The translations under genes and the position numbers were made by a program. Shown in pieces: positions 32,337-43,700 of a stretch of DNA of 64,000 bases. The stretch comes from a virus. Under the pieces are notes generated by a model. It saw only the letters and a program-made list of their open reading frames with translations, searched no databases and had not been told where the DNA came from. The stretch lies in IMG/VR virus record IMGVR_UViG_3300002030_000028; one strand, 5' to 3'. How positions within the stretch are numbered: position 1 is the stretch's first letter; every line of letters begins with the position of its first letter.

Positions 32337-33848
32337 ATGGCCGATACAAACAACACCGAATTGCTATTCGCGCGCCAGTCAGGATTTGGCGGAACACTTC
32401 CGGCAACACCGGATTGGAGAATTATGGAACGCGCGGATATTAGCGCTTTCGGAAACACAGTGTCGAAAACGGAGCCGACACGGATCTCACGCAATCGTAA
32501 CGCTCGCAGGAAGAAAGTTACGGCGATCGATAGCACCGTTGAGGCTTCAGCGCCTATGGATTTTGATGGCGTTCTGGAATTCATGCAGGGCTTTATTCAT
32601 GCTGAGCTTGCCGGCACAGCCGTTCTCATCGGTACTGGGGCAACAGCCACCGGGGTGACCATTCAGGCGCTCGATGCGGCTGTATCGGGTCAGTTTGTTG
32701 ATGGAGAGACATTGATTGAGGTCAAGGGCTTCAAAACCCAAAGCAATAACGGCCTTAAGGTTCTGGACGGTGCTGCCGCGACAGGCGCCACCGAGATACC
32801 TCTCGCGGGGATTGTTGCTGAGACAGTACCAGCCACACGCCGCGTCGACGCTTATGTCGCAGGTCGCCGCTTCCCTTCAGGTGACCTATCGGTAAATGCT
32901 GACGGTAATCTCGTAACCGCCGGTGGCGCGGGCTCGGTTGATTTCACGACGTTGGGTATTGTCGAGGGTCAGGCGATTTATGTTGGGGGCGTCGACGCCA
33001 TCAACACCTTTTCAGAGGAAGAAAACTCTGGGTTCGCAATCGTTTCCCGTATTGAGGCAAACCTTCTGACCCTTGTTAAGCGTGATCAGGCATATGTTGC
33101 TGAGAGCGGTGCCGGCCTTCAAGTTGATCTTTTGTTCGGCCCGTATCTGCGAAACTATTCTCGAGACCACGCCAAGTTCCTTCGTGCGTATTACATGTTT
33201 GGCCTGAAAACGGTGTTTGAAGACCCCGCTGTGGCCACCACGTATGAGTATGCGAAAGACAACGCGTGCGACTCCCTCGCGATTGAAGCCAGCACTGACG
33301 GCTTCGTTAACCTGTCATTTGGCTTCATCGGAAGTATTACCGATAACCCCGTGACCACGCAGGCCACCGGCCTGGCTGACGCTAAGGCTTTCAATGCAAC
33401 CGAGGAATTCAGCACATCAACTGACCTTATCCGGTTGTCGATCGATGACCTTGACGAAACTGGCCTGATGACTGACTTCGATAGCCTGAACCTTACGGTC
33501 GGAAACGGCCTCTCAGCTCGCAAAGTTATGGGTCAGGTTGAAGCTGCTCAGATCAATCTGGGTGATCTGGCGGTTACGACAGAAGGCACGGCGTTGTTTA
33601 CGAACCCAGATGTGATCGAGCGTATTCGCTGCGATAAGGTTGTAAGCCTGCGTATGCCGTTCTGGAATGAGGATGGCGGCGTTTATTTTCATATCCCGCA
33701 AATGACCCTTGAGGGCGGAAATCGTTCATTCCCTGAGAATGAGAGTGTAACGATCGCCAGCACGGGCTCGGCCTTCAATCAGGATATCGACGGTTCATCT
33801 CTTGAGGTGAGCTTCTTCCCGGCCTTGCCTGAACGCCCATGCGCGTAG
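32337..33848 (+). CDS. major tail (tube) protein, putative
   Basis: 503 aa. AAGGAGAAAAA SD. Lies before the chaperone pair and tape measure gene and is followed by two terminator-like hairpins. Confidence 0.5.
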   Translation: MADTNNTELLFARQSGFGGTLPATPDWRIMERADISAFGNTVSKTEPTRISRNRNARRKKVTAIDSTVEASAPMDFDGVLEFMQGFIHAELAGTAVLIGTGATATGVTIQALDAAVSGQFVDGETLIEVKGFKTQSNNGLKVLDGAAATGATEIPLAGIVAETVPATRRVDAYVAGRRFPSGDLSVNADGNLVTAGGAGSVDFTTLGIVEGQAIYVGGVDAINTFSEEENSGFAIVSRIEANLLTLVKRDQAYVAESGAGLQVDLLFGPYLRNYSRDHAKFLRAYYMFGLKTVFEDPAVATTYEYAKDNACDSLAIEASTDGFVNLSFGFIGSITDNPVTTQATGLADAKAFNATEEFSTSTDLIRLSIDDLDETGLMTDFDSLNLTVGNGLSARKVMGQVEAAQINLGDLAVTTEGTALFTNPDVIERIRCDKVVSLRMPFWNEDGGVYFHIPQMTLEGGNRSFPENESVTIASTGSAFNQDIDGSSLEVSFFPALPERPCA

Positions 33849-33894
33849 TATAGATAAATCCTGCCTCCTAGTGATGTGGGTTGATCTGGTGAAA

Positions 33895-33924
33895 GTCCTC
33901 GGTTGTTTGACCGGGGGCTTTTTT
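33895..33924 (+). terminator. terminator-like hairpin 1 after the tail tube gene
   Basis: Stem 33895-33903/33910-33918 followed by TTTTTT (33919-33924). Confidence 0.6.
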
Positions 33925-34006
33925 CATGTCAGAAATGAATGCGGATAGGATTTCCCGGCATACCACACCCCCCGAGAGGGGCTGAGTCCCAGCCCCATAC
34001 ACCGAG

Positions 34007-34041
34007 CCTCCTGATCATTTTGGGTCAGGGGGTTTCCTTTT
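34007..34041 (+). terminator. terminator-like hairpin 2
   Basis: CCTCCTGA (34007-34014) pairs with TCAGGGGG (34025-34032, one G-U pair), then TTTCCTTTT. Confidence 0.5.
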
Positions 34042-34089
34042 GGATAACAATAAAATATGAATTGTTGACCATAGAAAAGGACTTACCAG

Positions 34090-34707
34090 ATGAAAAACAA
34101 CTTCTCTCAGCTCTTTGATGGCCTCACGATCACCGATGAGACCACGAAGCCATATCAGTTTAGCGTTTTGCCAGAAGGCATCACTTGTTTCTTCAAGCCC
34201 GGCACAGAGGATAATAAGGCTTTCGCGTCTGCTCTCTTGGCTTTGTCAGATAAGCGCTCGCGTCGGAACAAGCGCGGCAATAAGATCAAGAAACCAACGA
34301 CCAAGATGATGCAGCGTAATCGCTCTGAGAACATTATTCTGGTAGCGAAATACTGTCTTGTCGGCTGGGAAGGCATGACATACCAAAAAGAAGACGGAAC
34401 GACCACCGGCGAGTTCTCTCAGGCGGCTGGATTGGACTTCCTGAAACAGCTTCCGCATTGGGCTTTTGATGATCTGTTTCATAACTGGCTTCAAGATCCG
34501 CTCAACTTCATTGATGACGATAGCGGAGACGATGACGACGATGACGACGATGATGAAGTCACTATCGACAATATTGATCAAATCGTCGCGGATGCTACAA
34601 ACCCAAACCAGACGGATAAAAAGGATGAAGAGCCTGAAACGCTGGGAAAGCCCTCAGAAAGTCCGTCGAATGGCAACTCCGATATCAGCGAGAAAAGTTC
34701 CGCATAG
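34090..34707 (+). CDS. tail assembly chaperone (lambda gpG-like)
   Basis: 205 aa with an acidic C-terminal region including a poly-Asp run. Lies directly upstream of the tape measure gene and contains the slippery site. Confidence 0.7.
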   Translation: MKNNFSQLFDGLTITDETTKPYQFSVLPEGITCFFKPGTEDNKAFASALLALSDKRSRRNKRGNKIKKPTTKMMQRNRSENIILVAKYCLVGWEGMTYQKEDGTTTGEFSQAAGLDFLKQLPHWAFDDLFHNWLQDPLNFIDDDSGDDDDDDDDDEVTIDNIDQIVADATNPNQTDKKDEEPETLGKPSESPSNGNSDISEKSSA

Positions 34708-34973
34708 AAAAAGACATAAAATATAATCGTGATTTCCCGGAGTGGTACTTGGATAAACCCGAGGTGCCGCCGGGATCTTACTTCATCATAGATGCGTTTT
34801 GGGACTTAGATACCGATCGCTCTCATGACGGCAACATTAGATGGTCCGTAGCTCGAGAATGGTTTGAGTTTAGCGGATATGATGAAAGAGTTTGGTCTAT
34901 ATTTTGGGATTGTGTAACCGAAATTGACATAGGCTATCGCGCCGCAAGGGCGCGTGCTACGAGGAATCAATAA
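34090..34973 (+). CDS. tail assembly chaperone frameshift product (gpGT-like), join(34090..34650,34650..34973)
   Basis: After the slip the read is ...GKALRKSVEWQLRYQREKFRIEKDIKYNRDFPEWYLDKPEVPPGSYF... to the stop at 34973. The downstream ORF has no ATG of its own. Confidence 0.65.
34644..34650 (+). other. -1 programmed ribosomal frameshift slippery heptamer G GGA AAG
   Basis: GGGAAAG lies in the X XXY YYZ register of the chaperone frame. The -1 frame is open from 34638 to 34973. Confidence 0.75.
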
Positions 34974-34997
34974 CAGTTTTCTTGGGAGGCACGCGCC

Positions 34998-37900
34998 GTG
35001 GCCACGTTTCCAATTGATGTAACCCTAGACCCCGCCGGCGTGAGAGCTGGCGCTCGTCGGGCCAAAGGTGAGCTTAGGGGCGTCCGTCAGGAAGGCGAGC
35101 GCACCCAATCAACTCTTTTAAAGCTATTCAGCGGCGCCGCGCTCGGTGTTGGTATTCAGCGCGGCATCAGCCTGCTGGCGGACTTCAGCCAACAAATGTC
35201 AACCGTTCAGGCGGTTTCCCGCGCGACAGAGACGGAGTTTCGACAGTTACAGGCCACGGCGGAGCGTCTGGGCCGTACAACGCGCTTCAGCGCCTCGCAG
35301 GCCGCTGAGGGCATGACGTTCCTCGCGCGCGCTGGTTTCAGTGCCAGTGAGGTTCTGGGGACCATCGAGGGAACGCTTCAACTTGCGCAAGCGGGTGCGT
35401 TGGGTCTCGGACAGGCTGCTGATATCGCCTCAAACGTATTGCAGGGCTTTCAGCTTAATGTCGCGGAAACCGGTCGGGTCGTTGATGTTCTGGCTCTCGG
35501 TGCGAACTCGGCGAATACAAGCGTTAGTCAACTTGGTAATGCGTTGTCCTTCGCCGCGCCCGTGGCATCTGGTCTGGGCGTGAGCCTTGAGGAAACAACA
35601 TCGGCGATCGGGGCACTATCGAATGCTGGTGTACAAGGTAGCCGCGCCGGTACTGGTCTCAACAGAGTTCTGGCCGAGCTTGAGAACCCGGCGGCTGGTC
35701 TCAAAGGTGTGCTGGAAGAGCTTGGATTGGCCGCTGATGAAGTGAGTATCAGTAACGTCGGCCTTGCCGGCGCCCTGAAGGTTCTGGCGGACGCGAATAT
35801 TGATACCGGGCAGGCTCTGGCGGCGTTCGGGCAGCGCGGTGGACCGGCGGCAAATATCCTGATTGATCTATTCCGTAACACTGAGCTGGCCGATAGCGCA
35901 TTCGTTCAATTTACAGGGTCTCTTGAAAATGCAGATGGGACGGCGCAGCGTATCGCGGATACGATGGACGACAATCTCAACGGCGCCATATTGTCAGCCC
36001 GTTCAGCCCTCGAGGGGTTTATTATTGCGGTCGGGAACGCCGGTGCCACCGAGGCTCTCGTTATGGGTGCTCAGGGACTCGCGACAACACTTCGTTTCGC
36101 AGCCGATAATGCCGATATTTTGGTCGTCGGTCTTGGGGCGTATGTGGCTGCTACGGCGCTCGCGGCGGCGGCAAACTCGACCCTCGTAGCAAGTACGGTC
36201 GCAAGTACGCAGGCGTTTTTCGCAAAAACGGCACAGCTCAGGGTCTCCACAATTGCTATGATCGCCGCCAGCGGCGCTGCAAGGACGTTGGGCGCGGGAT
36301 TGTTGGCGCTCGCTGCGAACCCCGTCGTGATCGGCGTCACGGCTGTCGTGGGTGCATTCCTGCTTCTGCGTGATACTGCCAAGGATACCGGTGACGAAAT
36401 ACAGAAAACAGAGTCGCTTTTACAGCAATATCAGAAGACCGCGAGCAGTGTTGAGCGTGATACTGACCTATTGAGGCGCCGTAATGAAGAGCTGGCGAAG
36501 GCCATTAAGAGCACAGGTGAAGAGGCCACAGAGGCCGTGCTGCTTGAGCGTGATGCTATTCGGCGCCGGATAGGTAATAATCGTAAGCTTCTGAGGGAGT
36601 ATCAAGCTCAGTTACGCGCGCAGCTTGCCGTCACAAGAGCAACTCAGAAAACGAATGATGTTCGGGCTCTCTCTGACGTAACGGGCCTTCGCCGGGAATC
36701 CAGACAGGTTCAGGACTTTGGTGCAGGCACAGGCCCGAGCGGCATCAGCACAATACGTGAAAGTGAAGCATCCTTCATCTCTCGAGCAACAAGAGAGCTT
36801 GAGCGTCAAGCAGAGCTGGCCGTTGAAGCTGATCAGAATGGCATGATTATAAGCGACCGTCAGGTCAAGATACTTGAGTTCACGCAGCGCCGGCGACAGG
36901 AATTAGAGAAGATCAATGGTCTTGAGGAGGCTATTGCCGCTCTCGACCCGAGTTCTGAATTTGATGAATTTGGCGGATTGTCTGCGTTCCTTGAGGACCA
37001 GAGGAATAGACCCCCTCCCCCTCCCCCTTCTGCCGGCAGCGCGGCTAGCCCAGATTTTGATAAGCAATTTTCTGAGCTTCAGTCTCTCACAAACGCTATC
37101 GGTGAAAACGAAGCAGCGCTTGAGCGCCGGAACGGTGTTCTTGAATTTGCTCGTGAGCTCGAAAGAGACCTTACGGCGGAGGAATCCGCGCGCGTGGACG
37201 CTGAACTTCGTCGCCAGCAAGTGCTGACAGATAATCAGGCGTTTGAGCAACGAGCTCAAGATATCGCACGCGAAACGACCCTGATTGGCGAGAACGCGCG
37301 TGAAGCCGAGATACTTGCCGAGATATACGACGCTGAGCGTAACTCGCTCCTTGGCCTGTCTACGGCCCAAGAACAGCGTATTCGTAACCTCGTCGAGGAA
37401 GGTCAGGCCGCTCGGGATGATGCAACGATACAGCAGCGCCTCGATACGCTTGGGCAGGAGGCTCAACTTTTGATGCTTGTGGGCACTGAGGCCCGTGTGA
37501 TGACGGAGGTTCTCAGGCTTCAGAACCAGCTTCAGCGTGATTTGACGGAGACAGAGGTTGACTGGATCGATACCGCTATCCGGACAAATGAAGAGCTCGA
37601 GCGCCGTAATCGCATTCTGACAAATGCCCAGAACCCGACGCAACAGGCGAAGGATGATTTACGGTCTCTGATAGACCTTTATGAAGAAGGAAGGCTTTCG
37701 CTTCAGGAATTCAATCGTGAGCTTCAGGACAATCAAGTCGCTAACGATGTCGCTCGGCTTGATCAGCAGCTGGGGGCTTCTGGTTTTGGTGTGGGGCCGT
37801 CTGCGTTTGAAGAGCAAAGGCGTAATGCCGAGCTCGCGCAACGTGCGCAAGAGGGCGGCGGGATAGATGATGGCTTTGGTGGAAGCTTCTTCGGCCTTGG

Positions 37901-38792
37901 CGCTGATGCGCTTGGCGTCGGTGATGAAGCTGAACGCCTGCGTGAACAGACGCAACAACGTCTCGAGCTTCTTCGTGAGGCGCGCGAACAAGAGCTTTTG
38001 ACCGAGCAGGAGTTCATCGAACGCAAAAACGCTCTCTTTGAAAGCTCAAACCAACAGCAAACTACTATCTTGCAGCGCGGGCTTAATGATCAGCTTCAGG
38101 GCGCCCAGAACCTATTTGGTAGCCTTGCGGATATCGCTCGCCAGACCGCCGGCGAACAGTCAGGTATCTATCGGGGCTTGGTAGCGGTTCAGCGCGCTGC
38201 CGGCATTGCGCAGGCGACTATCGCTATCAGTACAGCTATCGCTCAGGGTATACAGCAATCTCAGTCCTTGCCATTTCCCGGTAATATCGCCGCGATCGCC
38301 ACAACTATCGGCGCGGTGACGGCTCAAACCGCTGGCATCATATCGACCATCAGGGGTGTGCAGCCTAATTTTCGTGATGGTGGATTGCCGGGCGGCGTTC
38401 TGGGCGGGGTAGGGGGGCCGCGTGAAGATAGTAATCTGGTACGGGTGAGCCGTGGTGAGTTCATCGCTAACGCGGAATCGACGCGCCGTAACCTGCCGCT
38501 TCTTCAGGCGATCAATGATTTCGGTCGAAACAGAACACTCAACTTCCGCGATGGCGGGCTTGTAACGGGTCGTGATCTGGCCAGGCCGAGGCGTGCCGCA
38601 AATGACAACATACCGCGTGCCGGTATCATGATATCGGTGGAAGGTATCAATATACAGATGCCTGAGAGCGCCGATCGTGATACGGCCCGCGAGCTTGGAG
38701 AAGAAGCTGGTCGGGCATTCGTTCGGTCGGTTATTCAAGAGGAATCCCGGTACGGTGGTTTGCTTGATCCCGGTGCGAGAAGGGCCTCTTAA
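34998..38792 (+). CDS. tape measure protein
   Basis: 1264 aa, GTG start after GGGAGG. N-terminal TMP-type region (SVSQLGNALSFAAPVASGLGVSLEETTSAIGALSNAGVQGSRAGTGL), hydrophobic segments and long coiled coils. Confidence 0.9.
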   Translation: MATFPIDVTLDPAGVRAGARRAKGELRGVRQEGERTQSTLLKLFSGAALGVGIQRGISLLADFSQQMSTVQAVSRATETEFRQLQATAERLGRTTRFSASQAAEGMTFLARAGFSASEVLGTIEGTLQLAQAGALGLGQAADIASNVLQGFQLNVAETGRVVDVLALGANSANTSVSQLGNALSFAAPVASGLGVSLEETTSAIGALSNAGVQGSRAGTGLNRVLAELENPAAGLKGVLEELGLAADEVSISNVGLAGALKVLADANIDTGQALAAFGQRGGPAANILIDLFRNTELADSAFVQFTGSLENADGTAQRIADTMDDNLNGAILSARSALEGFIIAVGNAGATEALVMGAQGLATTLRFAADNADILVVGLGAYVAATALAAAANSTLVASTVASTQAFFAKTAQLRVSTIAMIAASGAARTLGAGLLALAANPVVIGVTAVVGAFLLLRDTAKDTGDEIQKTESLLQQYQKTASSVERDTDLLRRRNEELAKAIKSTGEEATEAVLLERDAIRRRIGNNRKLLREYQAQLRAQLAVTRATQKTNDVRALSDVTGLRRESRQVQDFGAGTGPSGISTIRESEASFISRATRELERQAELAVEADQNGMIISDRQVKILEFTQRRRQELEKINGLEEAIAALDPSSEFDEFGGLSAFLEDQRNRPPPPPPSAGSAASPDFDKQFSELQSLTNAIGENEAALERRNGVLEFARELERDLTAEESARVDAELRRQQVLTDNQAFEQRAQDIARETTLIGENAREAEILAEIYDAERNSLLGLSTAQEQRIRNLVEEGQAARDDATIQQRLDTLGQEAQLLMLVGTEARVMTEVLRLQNQLQRDLTETEVDWIDTAIRTNEELERRNRILTNAQNPTQQAKDDLRSLIDLYEEGRLSLQEFNRELQDNQVANDVARLDQQLGASGFGVGPSAFEEQRRNAELAQRAQEGGGIDDGFGGSFFGLGADALGVGDEAERLREQTQQRLELLREAREQELLTEQEFIERKNALFESSNQQQTTILQRGLNDQLQGAQNLFGSLADIARQTAGEQSGIYRGLVAVQRAAGIAQATIAISTAIAQGIQQSQSLPFPGNIAAIATTIGAVTAQTAGIISTIRGVQPNFRDGGLPGGVLGGVGGPREDSNLVRVSRGEFIANAESTRRNLPLLQAINDFGRNRTLNFRDGGLVTGRDLARPRRAANDNIPRAGIMISVEGINIQMPESADRDTARELGEEAGRAFVRSVIQEESRYGGLLDPGARRAS

Positions 38793-38794
38793 CC

Positions 38795-39142
38795 ATGCAA
38801 CAACTCCCTGATATTCTGATTTCAACAGCTCGTTTGAGGCAAGACCTCGGCATGAAAAGCTTTACGTTTGGTGAGAATTACGCTGCGCAGGGGTTGCGCG
38901 GTATCAACTCGAGGCGTGAAATATGGCAGTGGACTTGGGATGATCTGACGCTCGAGCAGTATACGACGCTCTCGAATTTCTTTCTGGCTCTCGAGGGTGA
39001 TGTGATATTGTGGACCGCACCCGGTCGTACCGAGAAGCGCTATGAGGTCATAAGCTCTGAAATCGGAACCAATATACCGGACGGTCAGGTTGACGGATTT
39101 TCTATTCGGGTTGAAGTAGGGCAGACATTCCGAAACGGGTAA
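38795..39142 (+). CDS. minor tail protein, lambda gpM-like
   Basis: 115 aa. FTFGENYAAQGLRGINS...ILWTAPG... parallels gpM. Position follows the tape measure gene. Confidence 0.65.
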   Translation: MQQLPDILISTARLRQDLGMKSFTFGENYAAQGLRGINSRREIWQWTWDDLTLEQYTTLSNFFLALEGDVILWTAPGRTEKRYEVISSEIGTNIPDGQVDGFSIRVEVGQTFRNG

Positions 39143-39148
39143 CGCAAT

Positions 39149-39916
39149 ATGGTCACTATCATCAAAGAACATGTTCAGGGATTGAATTTAGGTCTCGATA
39201 TCACCCTGTATGAATTTGATCTTCAATCATATGGGCTGGGTTTTATCAGAATTTATGGTGGTGATCAGAACGCAAACGAGCTCGGGACCGGTGTAGGGCC
39301 GATATCGTTCGCCGGCCTTCAGTACAATCCGTGGCCAATACAAACCACAGGGTGGCGCACGGGCTCCGGTGGATCTCTGCCGCGCCCTAGATTTGCTGTA
39401 ACCAATGTCAATCAGGTGTTCACACCAATGCTTTTGCAGGCTGATGGATTTCGTTACTCGCCATTCAAGCGCATCAGAACATATGAGCGCTTTCTTGATC
39501 AGCTCAGAGATGGCACCCCGAACCCTAATGCTGATGGAACCCAGCATAAGCCGATTGACCGGTATGAGGTGAATAGAGTTCTCAACCAAGGCCGAATTGA
39601 TGACGTTGAGGTGGTGCAATGGGAATTACGAGCACCGATCGACCGACCGAATGCGACCCTTCCGAGGATTACGCTTACGCGCGATATCTGCCAGCATACC
39701 TATCGCGTATTTGATCCCGCGACGGGAGACTTCAATTATGAAAATGTGACTTGTCCCTATGTTGGCGCGGCATCTTTTGATGCTGATAACAACCCAACGA
39801 CACCGCAAAATGACGAGTGTCCTCAGTTTGAAAGAAACTGCACGAGGCGTTTTGGTGACAACGCTGTGCTGCCACGTATTGCTTTTCCGGGGATTGAGCG
39901 CGTAAGATTGCGCTGA
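39149..39916 (+). CDS. minor tail protein, lambda gpL-like
   Basis: 255 aa. C-terminal Cys cluster ICQHTYRV...VTCPYVG...DECPQFERNCTRRFG, as in the gpL Fe-S region. Confidence 0.8.
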   Translation: MVTIIKEHVQGLNLGLDITLYEFDLQSYGLGFIRIYGGDQNANELGTGVGPISFAGLQYNPWPIQTTGWRTGSGGSLPRPRFAVTNVNQVFTPMLLQADGFRYSPFKRIRTYERFLDQLRDGTPNPNADGTQHKPIDRYEVNRVLNQGRIDDVEVVQWELRAPIDRPNATLPRITLTRDICQHTYRVFDPATGDFNYENVTCPYVGAASFDADNNPTTPQNDECPQFERNCTRRFGDNAVLPRIAFPGIERVRLR

Positions 39917-40692
39917 TGGAACTTGTTTACCGTGATGAAATTATGCCGCGCGATATCGAAGACGATATTCGCTTCGATGCCACAGCCCGCTATCCGGAGG
40001 AATCCATAGGCGTTATAGCGCAGGGAAAGTACGTCGCGCTTAAAAATGTCGCTGAAGATCCCAAGCATTTCGCAATACCGGAGCCAGAGAAGTATAGAAA
40101 TATGCTCGCTGACGGCATCATTGACGCTGTTGTCCACAGTCACCCAGATGCACCTTTTTGTCCAAGCGGCGCCGATATGCAGTCACAAATAAACACCGAT
40201 GTTCCCTTTGGGGTTCTGGGAGTTTACGGCGGTGCGTGCTCGAGGGTTGCTTTGTGGGGCGATACCCTTGTCCGACCTGATATGTACGACCGTCCATTTC
40301 AGCACGGTATAACGGACTGTTATGAGGCAATCAGGGATTGGTATTTCGTCGAGAAGAATATCCTGATGAAGCAATTTGTTCGAGATTGGGAATGGTGGAT
40401 AGGCTCAGAAAACCAGCGTTTGTATATTGAGGGATTCGGGGAAGCTGGGTTTGAGGTCGTGCCTACGTCTGAGGGTCAGCCCGGAGATGTGATCTTATTT
40501 CGTATAAGAAGCCAGACGCATAATCACGCCAGCGTCTATCTGGGCAACAATCTGATGTATCATCATTCGACGCATTTTGAGCCATACGCGCCAAAGCATC
40601 TCGCTAAAAAAGAGCCGATCGCGAGATGGATGAACTATGACCCTATATTCGTCAGACCGATTGAGGGACATGAAGCCATAGAGCGCGTTTAG
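39916..40692 (+). CDS. tail tip assembly protein, lambda gpK-like (JAB/MPN plus NlpC/P60)
   Basis: JAMM motif AVVHSHPDAPFCPSGADM. NlpC/P60-like DCYEAIRDWY...GDVILF...HNHASVYL. Confidence 0.85.
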   Translation: MELVYRDEIMPRDIEDDIRFDATARYPEESIGVIAQGKYVALKNVAEDPKHFAIPEPEKYRNMLADGIIDAVVHSHPDAPFCPSGADMQSQINTDVPFGVLGVYGGACSRVALWGDTLVRPDMYDRPFQHGITDCYEAIRDWYFVEKNILMKQFVRDWEWWIGSENQRLYIEGFGEAGFEVVPTSEGQPGDVILFRIRSQTHNHASVYLGNNLMYHHSTHFEPYAPKHLAKKEPIARWMNYDPIFVRPIEGHEAIERV

Positions 40693-40753
40693 CTTGTGCT
40701 GATTTGCGTTAGGTTTTACACGGCTAAGAGACACCTAACTCCGGAGCCAACTC

Positions 40754-43700
40754 TTGAAAACCGTAAAACTACATGGCCTGCTGGCCAAGAAATTCGGTAA
40801 AGAGCATCGTTTTGATGTTGAGAGTCCGACCGAAGCGGTCGCGGCTCTGCGCTCGAATTTCCCCGGATTTATGGGCATCATACGTGATGGTAACTGGTGT
40901 TTCTACAAAACGCGGGATGACGAAACCGGGGATGTTATCGATGAGAGAACGCTCGGTTTTCCTTTCAAAAGCTCAGAGACGCTCCACATCATGCCGGCCT
41001 CTGAGGCGTCAGGTATTGTCGCGGGTATCGTAATTACGGGTGTTCTAGTTGCAGCTGCCGTGACAGCAGCTTTCACACTTCTGGCTCCAAGCCCGCAAGC
41101 CCCGGACCCAGATGAGCGCGAGCAGGACACCACAAGCGGTATCGCGGACGGCTCCACGAACCGTGTGTCACAAGGGCATGTCGCGCCTCTGATATACGGT
41201 GAAGTTATCACTGGAACGATTGTCGTTTCAGCCGGGTTTGAGGTCAGCGATATCACTGACAGCTATTTCGGTTCTGGTGACGGCGGAACGGGCACTACTT
41301 TTGGGGGTGGCGGGTCAAGATTTTGGACAAATGGATTTGGTTTCACGCCTCTCCAGAAAGGCGGTAAGGGCGGGGGAGGTCAGGCTCGGGCGGCGCAGGA
41401 AGACCCCAACACGCTTCAGTCAAATGCTATCGTTCGCACGCTCGAGGTTGTCGGGGCCGGCCATAACGAGGGTTTGGTGAATGGCCTTCAATCTCTTTTC
41501 CTCGACGACACGCCGGTTGCTAATCCAGATGGATCTCTGAATTTTAACGGAGTAGCGATCGATGTTCGAACAGGTGATGAGAACCAGACATATATTGAGG
41601 GATTCCCCGGTCAGGAAGCGACAATTCAAATCAATACGGAGGTGTCTCAAGCGAGTGGCGCTATAACGCACACCGTTACGGACCCGGAGATTGATACTCT
41701 CAGAGTGACATTGCGCCTGCCGCAATTGTACAGGCAGAACACCGAGAACGGTGATCTCAACTTCCATCAGGTTAGCTGCGATATTGAAATCCAGTCAGAC
41801 GGCGGCGGCTTCACCAGTATATTCCCTGCCGGCAGTCCTCGCGCATTCTTTGATGGCAAAAACACATCACCATATCAGCGTGATTATTCCCTGAGATTGC
41901 CGCCCGGCGGTGATCCGTGGGATGTTCGTGTTCGAAGAATCTCTCCAGATGAAGATCTGGCCAGTATTCAGAGTGATACGTTTTTTGATTTCGTAACTGA
42001 AGTCACGGAGACGAAGCTCAATTGGCCGGGTATCGCGCATATCGGCGTTACAGCAAACCTGAAGCAGCTTGGCTCAAATGTTCGCCGGCGCAGCGTTCAC
42101 TGGCGTGGCCTTCACGTACAGGTTCCGACAAACTTCGACCCTGTGGCGCGTACCTATACAGGCGTTTGGGATGGCACGTTCAAAACCGCATACACCGATG
42201 ACCCCGCGTGGTGCCTCTATGACCTTGCGAATAACACTTTCTATGGTGGCGGTCAGCTCACTCAGGGCATGATCGATAAATGGTCATTCTTTGAAGCTAG
42301 CGTTTATTGCAACGAGATGGTTCCAGATGGCCTTGGGGGCATGGAGCCGCGCTATCGCATCTCGGCAATCATTCGAACACGCCAGCAGGCAATTCGTATA
42401 TTTAACCAGATGGCGTCTGTTTTCCGAGGCGCGGCATTCTGGGGAACCAACGGTCTTACGGTTACGCAGGACAGGCCCGAGCTCGATGCCGATAAACCTC
42501 TTCTGGTTCCCGCGAACATAGGCCGAGAAGGCTTGAATTATGATGACCCGGATTCCGGTGACCAGTTTAGCGCTGTCATCGTATGGTGGAACGATATCGA
42601 TGAGGGTTATGAGCTTCGTCCGGTTCCGGTGCGCGACAATGCCCTGATACAAAGGCTTGGCTTTGACCCTTGTGAGATCACCGCTTGGGGTGCTCCGTCT
42701 CTTGGACAAGCTCGGCGTATGGGTCTGTGGAAGCTCGAAGAGCAAGCCCGGCAATCAAATGGAGTAACGATACCGGTCGGCCCTGATCAGTCTTTCACGC
42801 AGCCCGGACAGGTTGTGAAGGTCCATGATGATCGATTGACCCAAAACAGTATGGGTGGGCGGCTGCGCGGAGCCACGGCTACGGTTTTGACGCTCGATAG
42901 GGTTTTCACCGAACAGGCCGGACAAACCTATACGATCAATGCCATTCTCCCGAACGGTGAGGCCGAGATACGCAACGTCGTCAGCTTCCAAACCGTTCAG
43001 GTTGATGGTGTAGATAGCCATAGCCAAGTCACGGTTGACCAAGCATTTACAGCGGTGCCGGTTGTGGATGGTGTATGGGCGATTGAAAGTAACGTTGTAC
43101 GGCTTCAGCAATTCCGTGTTGTTGGCATCGAGGATCTCGACGACGGCCTTGGTTATCGGGTGCGCGGGGAGTCCCATGATCCCACAAGCTATCCGCGCGT
43201 CGAGCTTAATGCTGACATAGCTCCCGAGCCATTTACGGACTTGCCGTCCGGATCTCTGCCAACCATCATGCCCGGAAGCATATCGGTTCTGGAATATCAA
43301 GCGATCGATGGCGATAGCAGCGTTCCCTCGGTCCGCATTAGCTGGACGCCGGCACGCGACCCTCGGATAACCGGTTATGATTGTGAGATCCGTGAAGCGG
43401 ATTCTATGGGTTATACGCGCGTCGTTGGGAATGATGAGACTGCCCGAGATTTTGAGGCGATCGGTCAGGGTGATTTCAGCATACGCGTGAGAGCTTATGA
43501 TGGCCTTGGACGTGCGAGCGCTTGGGTTGAGCAGGACTTCACTCTCGATGGCGGAACCGCGACACTGCCTGCCGTCACGGGTCTTGCTATCCGTTCCGAT
43601 AATGAGGCTATGCAGACATGGCTAACATGGATTTCACCGCAAGACGTAAGGCCGCTTCGGTTTGACGTGTTCAAAGGGTCGACAGCGGTATTCGCTAACG

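Noticed and set aside
34531-34556. GAT/GAC trinucleotide run
   Set aside because: It encodes the poly-Asp tract of the tail chaperone's acidic region and is not an independent repeat element.
35341-38825. Long alternative-frame and antisense ORFs within the tape measure gene (for example 36903-37643 -, 38160-38825 -, 35528-35881 -)
   Set aside because: They are embedded in a single uninterrupted 1264-codon gene with clear tape-measure features. They have no independent signals.
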